Shown here one piece after another: positions 29,008 to 38,000 of a DNA stretch of 59,906 nucleotides. The notes beneath the pieces are model-generated. The model searched no databases. It saw nothing but the letters and a program-made list of their open reading frames with translations, and was not told the DNA's origin. This DNA is from Candidatus Pacearchaeota archaeon. GTDB taxonomy: Archaea > Nanobdellota > Nanobdellia > Pacearchaeales > GW2011-AR1. The DNA lies in NCBI GenBank assembly GCA_017608305.1, contig JAFCGC010000003.1:1-59906 (forward strand), in the 5' to 3' direction. Position 1 is the stretch's first letter. Each line of letters begins with the position of its first letter. The position numbers and the translations under genes were made by a program.

Positions 29008-32000
29008 TTATTCATTTAAACTTGCTGTAAAAGTTAGTGTAGATGATCTAGATCCTGCGCCTTCTGTAGCTCCTGGAACAGTAAGCTCTAAATCAACATA
29101 TGCTTCATCTTCAGCAGCATTCCATTTAAATTCAACTAAAAATGTCTCTTCAGTAGGATCAATTGGGATATTTGCCCAACTAGTAGTACCTGAAGTAAAA
29201 CTACCTGTATCTTTTTCTTGAACCTTATATCTATAATCACTAGAAGCACTTGATCGAGTATTCCATAATTGTGTTGCTTTTATATCTACATTTGCAATAC
29301 AATTTCCATCATTTTCTAATGTGAATGGATTGGGGGGGGTAGGATCTGTGGCTTTGGTTTCATCTGGTTGCATTGTTCCAAAATCAATAGTTGGGTCTGG
29401 ATTTGAAGGAGGATCTGTAATTGAAATACTTACTTCTGATTGAATCTTTAAATTCCATTTTTCACTCCAATCCCCCCACCCAACACTATCTCTAGCTCTT
29501 ACTCTCCATGTATAATAATAAGTATTATCAAATAAATATTGCAAAAAATCAGGATCAGGAAGTGTATAACTTTCATCAACAGGAGAGCCAGTAATTATTG
29601 AAATTAGTTTATAATCGTCTGGAGAACAAACAGAATCAGAACAAGAAATCTCTAATTCATATTCTTGAATATCTGCTTCTCCATCAGCATCAACACCATC
29701 CCAAACAAAAGTTGGGGTCCTATCTATATTAGAAGAATCATTAGCAGGAGAAACCAAAGTCACTGTTGGGAGAGAATTTAGCAAAACAAAAACTTCTCCA
29801 CTAGATATTTTTTCCTCATAAGCTCCTTTATGACAAGTAATATTATATTTGTAAAGCCCACCTTTTTCAAAACTCCGATTATATTCCCATAAATTAGAAG
29901 TTAAATTCCAAGACAATCTTCCAGAAACAGAATCATTAAAATCTATTTTACATCTAGAGTCCTGAATCACATCAAGATAACCTTCATTAGGGTTATTAGA
30001 AACATAAGACACAAAGCCAATATCTGCAACACCATCATAATTAAAGTCACCAGCATCTAATTCTGGATGTTTTCCAAAACTAGGTCTAGGACCAAAAGTT
30101 CCACTTGGATAAGACTTTAAACTATCATAAATTAAAACAATTCCCCCATTACTTTCAATAATAAAGGCTTGCATGTGACTTTGAGAATTATTATTCATCG
30201 CGATAAATTCCATTTCAGTGTCATCATCAATATCAATTCCTAATAAATCAATTGAACTAAAACCCTTAGAAACATTCCAAATATAATTTAAACTAGAATC
30301 ATAAACAAATATTTTAGCAGAAAAAAAACTTGTAACAACATATTTGTCTCCATTATTATAAATATCAGAAATTATAATTTCAGTGGGATTATCTCCAGGT
30401 TCAAAATCCCAATGAAGACTATCTTTTAAACCACCTGTAAAATTGTAAACAAAAAGATATTGTGAATTTCCTGATAAAATCTCCATTTCACCATCATTAT
30501 CTAAATCACCTACAGCAAGAGGAACTTTCCCTTTATTTTTCCAAAGATATTCCCCAGAACTATTTAATGCAGTAACAGAAGTATTTCCCTCGCTTGAAAA
30601 AACCACATCATCTTTTCCATCATTATTAAGATCTTCCACCACAATCTTATCAATCCCTGTAATACCAACGCAATTATAACTCCAATCCTGAATCCAAATA
30701 TTATTTTCTCCGGTATATGCTAAAATATTTTTATCTCCAGATCCCTGTACAATAACAAAATCATCATCTAACCCATCTCCATCCAAATCTCCAATAGAAC
30801 TAATTGCTAATTCGGAAAAAGTTCCTTCTTGCCAAATATTTTGTCCTAAATTATTTATAACAGAAATACTAGCAGTGCCTTCAAGAAATTCACCTTCGTA
30901 ATTATCACTATCTAAATCTCCAACAAAAATACTTTGCCCAGAACCTGTGTTAGGAGAATTAAATACATTTACTCCAAGAGCATTAAAAAATTGATTATGG
31001 GCCTCATTTATTCCAATAATTAATCCATCTTTTCTTCCTGTTTTAGATAAATCAATTGCCCGAATAGTTCTAACTTTCCCAATATTCCCTGTATCCCACA
31101 AAAAAATCCCTAAATCACCAATATCAACATTTGAATCTGTTTCAGAATAATTTGCAGTAAATAAAACTTGGGTTTTAGAATTTTGATTATCTTCATCTGT
31201 AATAGATAAAGAAGTTGAATAATTTCTAATTTTCCTAGTTTGGCTTTGATACCAGCCAGTAGATTCTACCCCATCATTTGCATTAATCCTACAATAAAAA
31301 TCATCATCATAATGTGTGTAAGTATAACTTAAATTAGAAAAATATAATGTAGATTGTGTATAATCTGAAATTGTTTGATTTAAAAAATTACTTCCATTAC
31401 TATACCACTTAACTTCTACATTTAAAAGAGGGGAATCAAAATCAGTAACATTAAAACCACATTGTAAATGATCTTTTGTATAAGGTAAAGAAGGCAACAA
31501 ATTAATACTTTGATATTCAGGAGCAGAATTTATTATTTCAAGTGTATTACTTAAAACAGTTTCACCATCTCCCAAGGCATCATTTGGTGTTAAAGCAACA
31601 CTCCAATTATCTCCTAATTTAGTTTCAAAAGAAGAAAGATTTTCAAAATGTTTGTCTGCCATTCCAGAGTCATAAAGAATTTTTATTTGTTCTTCACTTA
31701 AACTACGATTGAAAATTCTAACTCCATCAATTGTCCCAGAAAAATAATTATTCCATCCATCTTGTGCAATTAATAAAGGAGAATTAGAACTTTGAATTTG
31801 ATTTAGAAGAGCTGTATCTTTTAAATCTCCATTTAAATAAATTAAAGCAGAAGTTCCATTATAAACCCCAACAACATGATACCATTGCCCTGTTGTTAAA
31901 TCTTGATCAAGATTAACCCAAACACCTGGAATAACATTATCCTGATTAAATTGGATGCCTAACCTATCACTAGGGCCCCCCTCACTAAGCCCCCCAAACC

Positions 32001-35000
32001 TTAATTGCCAAGTCCAATCAGGATTTAATGCTTTTGCTAAAACACCAAAATTATCTCCTGTTTCATGCGCCATGCTTGTTTTAATCCAAGATTCAAATGT
32101 AATCTCATCAGTAATATCTAAACTACTATCACTGCCACAATTGATATAATCATCTCCATCAAATTTATATGCCCCCCCAACTTTTTCACTTATCTCCCAA
32201 ACAGGATTTCCATAAATTGTGGCATTATTTTGGTAAGTGGAATAATCTCTAATAATATCAAAAGTTAAACTTGTTTCTTCTGTATCAAAAGGCATATTTA
32301 AAACAGCAATTGATTCACCTCCAAGTCTCCAGTCAGTGATGGTTATGGGTGTGCTATCTGCATCAATTATTTCATAATAAACAGATAAATTTTCCAAACT
32401 AGAATTATGTCCTAAAGAAGAATTTAAAACCACATTTGAAATTACAGGATAAGTATTTACATCAACTGTTCTTATCTCTGTCTGATTTAAATTTCCAGCT
32501 AAGTCCTGAACATAAGCAACATATTCATATTCTCCGGAATCCAAACTTGTAAAATTCCTATAAAGCCTATTAAGTCCTGCATTATACGAAGCATCAATTT
32601 CTTCTTCACTCAAGGCCCTATTCCAAACTCTTAATTCATCTATTGTTCCATTAAAAAAATGTGTTGATCCTTCTTGAGTAGCACCAATTGTAAAATTATT
32701 CTCCTTATCAGGATCAAAAAAAGGACCTGATTGAATAAAGGAATCTGTGCTTTCTAAAACCCCATTAAAATAAAGTTTATATGAAGTTCCTGCATCCATT
32801 ACCACTAAAACATGTGTCCAAACACCAATTGGTACAGAAGAGAAAACAAAAGTATCTCCATTCTCTACATAAGACCTAATCTCATCTCCAACCATATAAA
32901 GCAAAAAATCCCCATCTTCAATCCCCCCCCCATCATAAACATCAAAAATATAACACTCTGAACAAGTACCTTTAGGTTTTATCCAAGCACTTACAGTAAA
33001 ATTTTCAAAATCAGTTAAACTGTCTGATTTCTCAACAAGAACATAATCATCAATACCATCAAAATTTAATCCAGGTCCAAACTTTCCTGCAGAAGTCCAG
33101 ACAGGAGGGGAGTCTCCATCTTGATTGCTTGGATTAAAGTCATAAAGAGTTCCATTATTACTCCAACTAGAACTATCATAAGCAGTTGTTCCTGTAAATT
33201 CATTAAATCTCCACCAACCAACTAAACTTTTATTCCAATCCATAAAAGAGGTCACATCATTGGCATCAGAAACACTTACATTAACATAAACACTATTTCC
33301 CCTAACAAAACTATCATCAGTAAGAGTGGGGGGGACAAATTCAATTAAAGGAGTTATAGTATCTATGCTTATTTTTCTTGTTTCTGTTTGATTAAAGTTC
33401 TCAGATAAATCCTTAAGATAAGCAAAATATTCATAAGTTCCATCACTTAAACTAGTTTTGTTAACATACAAATTCCAAACACTAGAAGCACTTTGTACAA
33501 GACTTGCTCCTGCGTTTTCACCACTCCAATTAATATATGTTGCAGATTCATTTAAATTATCTTCTAAAATAGAAACATTAACATAAATTGAAGTGTAATT
33601 TGTATAAGTATTATTATCAAAAGTTGGAAAAACAAAATTAATTTCAGGGGGAACAACATCTAATAAAATATTAAGAAAAGTACTCTCAGTTAAATTCAAA
33701 GAAACAAAAGTAGTTGAAGGATCTTTTTTAGCTTGAATAGTATAATTAGTTGCAAAAGTTTTTGCGATTTTTGTTTGAGAATATTCCATTAAAATTTCTC
33801 TATCTATTTGACCAAGTGAATTAGTATAACTTGTGAATATTAAATCATTTGTTTTATTCCATACAGAAACTTCCACATTCTCAAGAGAATTTCCTAATTC
33901 ATCTGAAACATTTACCCTAAAATACCATTTTACATCCACTGAACCTAAATTACTCCAACCTCCATCAAAAAACAAAATTTTATTTTCATCAAAAGTTGTA
34001 TTAATTAAATTCAATACACTAGTTTGAGTTGTAGAAACTGTTCGAATATCATAAGAAGTGCTATCTTGAATTAATGAATTAAATACTAAAAGCTTAGCAG
34101 AACTCTGAACTTCAATACCAACCTCATTATCCTTAATTTTACTAGAAGAAATATTGTTATTAGAAGAAGAAACTTGGATTCCTGCAATATTATTCTCAAA
34201 AATAGAAAGATTAGTTAAATTATTATTTTCTGCTGAATCTTTCAAATCTAATCCAACACTAGAATAAGAAAAAATATTATCAAAAATTAAATTATTATCG
34301 CCTGAAATACGCAAACCTAAACCATTATTAGTAAAATTATTATTAGAAACATTGCAATTATCTCCCTCCACTGTTAATGCAATCCCCCCATTATTTGTAA
34401 AATAATTTCCAGAAATCAAAAAATTATTTCCAAAAAAAGTAGGTTGAGCATTATTTGAAAAAACATTGCCAATTATTTTTACATCATCTGCATAAATTTT
34501 AAGCCCAATTTTGAATGAAGTACGATTTCCTGAACAATAACTTAAACTAGATTTATTCATAAAAAAATCAGCTCCATTTTCAACAATAAAAATAAAAGTA
34601 GGATCAGAACCCCCACCATTAGTAATATTGCTCTTAGCTTTGATTGTCATATTTCCTGTGCTTGTAACATTAATTCCAACACCCCCATCATTAGTACCAT
34701 TCATTCTCAAAGTTGAATTTTCTAAAATAAAATCACCTTCAATTGTTAAATTTCCATTTTGCCAAATTGTATTTTTTGAATTTTTAATTGTGAAATTCCC
34801 CTTATTCTCAACTAAAGTGAAATCTTCAACATTTAAGGAAATTGAATCTATTGTCAAATCCCCATCTGAAGTAACGTTTAATGAATTCACCTTTAAATCA
34901 TCATAAGTTTCATCACAAACTAAATCAGTTGTTATTACTAAATCTACATTAGGAAAAGTTGGTTCGCAAGTATTATATTGAATTATAGATTCCCAATCTC

Positions 35001-38000
35001 CATTTAAACACTCATAATCATCATTATATCTTTCTCCTTCTGCATAACAAGCATCTGGACCTGCACAATCTGTTATAGAATCACAACAAGCTTCATACTC
35101 AATCTCCATTGTAGAACTTACAAAGTTCTCCCCAGAATCATCGCCACAACAATTTCCAGTTGTTCCTGTTTCAAAAAACAAAGATTCACCATAACAACTT
35201 CCTTGATTACAAGATACTCCATTTGCAATTCCCTCTAAACCACAATCACATGCATTAGAAGAAGTATCAGGATCTATTTCATAACTTCCAGCTTCACATG
35301 CTTTAAAAGTTCCAATTCCAGATTCACAAAAATTATCACTTGCTCCATCATCTCCACAACAAGGACCAGGAGATAAAGCTCCAGCAATCCAAGTTTGGGC
35401 AATACAAGTTCCAGCAGTCTTCTCACAATATACTTGAGCCAAATCTCTATCTCTATTCTGATAAACTCTCTTTGCACAAGAACCTCCTATTCCATCTGGG
35501 CAACCAAATAAAGTGCAAGAGGCGTCTCTAAATATGGCTTGCACGCTAGTACAAGTATCATCACTATTAGTATCATGCGATGATACATAAGTTCCATAAT
35601 AAGAATAATATCCAACATAATAATCATCAACAGAAGAACCTGAACAATAATCTCTTTTATATGTTAGTTCACAACTACCCCCTAAACAAGAATCAGAATA
35701 ATCAATTAAATATCCTGCTGTATCCCAATTATCTTTTCCATCAGAATCCCAAGATGACAAAGTTGCACAGTCTGTTGAACTCCATCCATCAATTGTATTG
35801 TAAACAGATTCTTGACTGCAACTAAAATTGTCATTATTATAACAAGTAAAATAACCTATATCTACCCCTAATCCATCTTGCTCAGCACACTCATCACTTT
35901 CATCTGTACATGCCCAAGTATCATCTGGTTTAGTATTACAGTCACTACTTAAACACTCTGTATCTCCTTCACAAGAATAAGTATTTTTAGTTAAACAAAA
36001 ACCTAAACCATCACATGCTTGACTACCCAAACAAGTTAAAACACCTTCAATATCTTCTGTACCACTAGGAGCTATAAAAACACAATCAAAAGAAGTTGCA
36101 TCAGTACAAGTTTCGCAAATACCACAATTTCTTTCTCCAGAAGTAAACCATCCACAAGCTTTATTTCCATTACAATTTCCTGTTCCACAATCTTCTTGAG
36201 CACATTCAATATCAGGATCTGTACCAGAAGAAACAGCAGAACAAGTTCCATCATTTCCCCCTGTTTTTAAAGCTAAACATGCTTCACATTCTCCACCACA
36301 AGAAGTATCGCAACAAACCCCATCTTGAGAAGGACAATTTCCAGAATCACATTCAGCTCCAGAACTACAACTACAACCATTTACTTTAGCAAGACCCCAA
36401 TAAGTAGGCCCATCAATATTACAATATCTTCCACTCTCAGGTGCGGTTCCACAATGTTCAATAGATGTAGCAAGACCACTATCATCACTAACAGTTCCAC
36501 ATTCATATAAATTTCCACTATAACACAAAATTCTTTCATCTGTTTCTCCAGAATTTAAAATATTTCCATTATAACAACAACCTTCAAAAAGACCTGAAGC
36601 TTCAAAATCTTCTCCAGGATTATTACCACAACAATAATCTCCTTGAGTTGCAGTACTAAGCCATTCACCTAAATTAGTACAAGAAGGTTCTTCACAAGCA
36701 GATTCATCAGTATTTCTATTTTCACTAGACCAAGATCCAGAACTACAAGAACTTACAGTATCTTCAGTACACGATGTTTCAGTACCAGAAGAATAACAAA
36801 CACCTGTATTAACACAATCATTAGCATTATCACAACAAGCTATATCACCTAAATCTAAATTATTTTCTACAATATACTCATTATCATCATCACCACAACA
36901 TTCATCCTTTTCAAAAACAACATCATATTCCCCAACCTCTGCTTCTCCACTTTTTATCCACCCATCTAGATAACCACAATAAACTTCGCAAACAGTACTT
37001 CCTCCTGCAGCAGAATCACAATCAAGCCAAAGACCTGAGGCGCAAGCAAGATTCTCCCCAGAGATAACAATAGGAGACCCAACAACAACACCATTACAAA
37101 AACTCTCATAAATACAATCATTTTCATTATCACAACAAGCATTATCTGAAATTGATGCAGAAAAATTAGGTAAATCATTATCTGGATAAGTATAAGTAGG
37201 ATCTAATTTTCTATATAAAGCATTTTCTCCAGCATCATCTCCACAACACTCTGTATCACAATCATAAGGGTCTGTTCCAGAAGTAGCAGAACAATGTTCA
37301 CCACCAAGGTTATAACCAAAATCATTACTACAATCAGTACAAGTTAAAGAATCATTATCACAATCAATCCAATAACCTCCTTTAGAGGTAGAAAGATTTG
37401 CACAATACATTACACCATCTCCTAAAACAGTTGCATCCCCAAAATCATAACAAGTTCCATTAGAAAGAACACAATCCCTAGGGTTATCCGAAGTATTACA
37501 ACAAGCATAAATAGTTTCTCCACTCGTTGGACAAGCTCCCTCTGTTGAAGATTCGCAAGGATTAGAAGCACCTCCCAGATTAACCCTATTAAAATAAGCC
37601 ACATATTCTCCTGCATCATCTCCACAACAACTTGGATAAGTCCCAAATTCATATGAAAAAGAAGAAGTATTATAAAAAGGGCTCACATATTCATACAACT
37701 CACAACAAATAGGTTCATAAAGAGAACTCTTTGCTTTACAAGCAAAAGATTCACAAAAATTAGGAGTAATATCAGGATCACCAATAGCAAGATAACATTC
37801 ATCATTCCCCCCCAGCAAACTATAATTACTTTCATTACCAACACTTTGATTAGCACTAACATTAATCAAATCCATTGTTATGTTATTAATAACAGCATTG
37901 TAAACATTAATTCTAGAAATATTAATATCTTCAAAACTAATTGGAAGTCCTGTTGTTTTAAATCTTATTTTTAATTCATCCACAGATAGAGTTTCATTTT

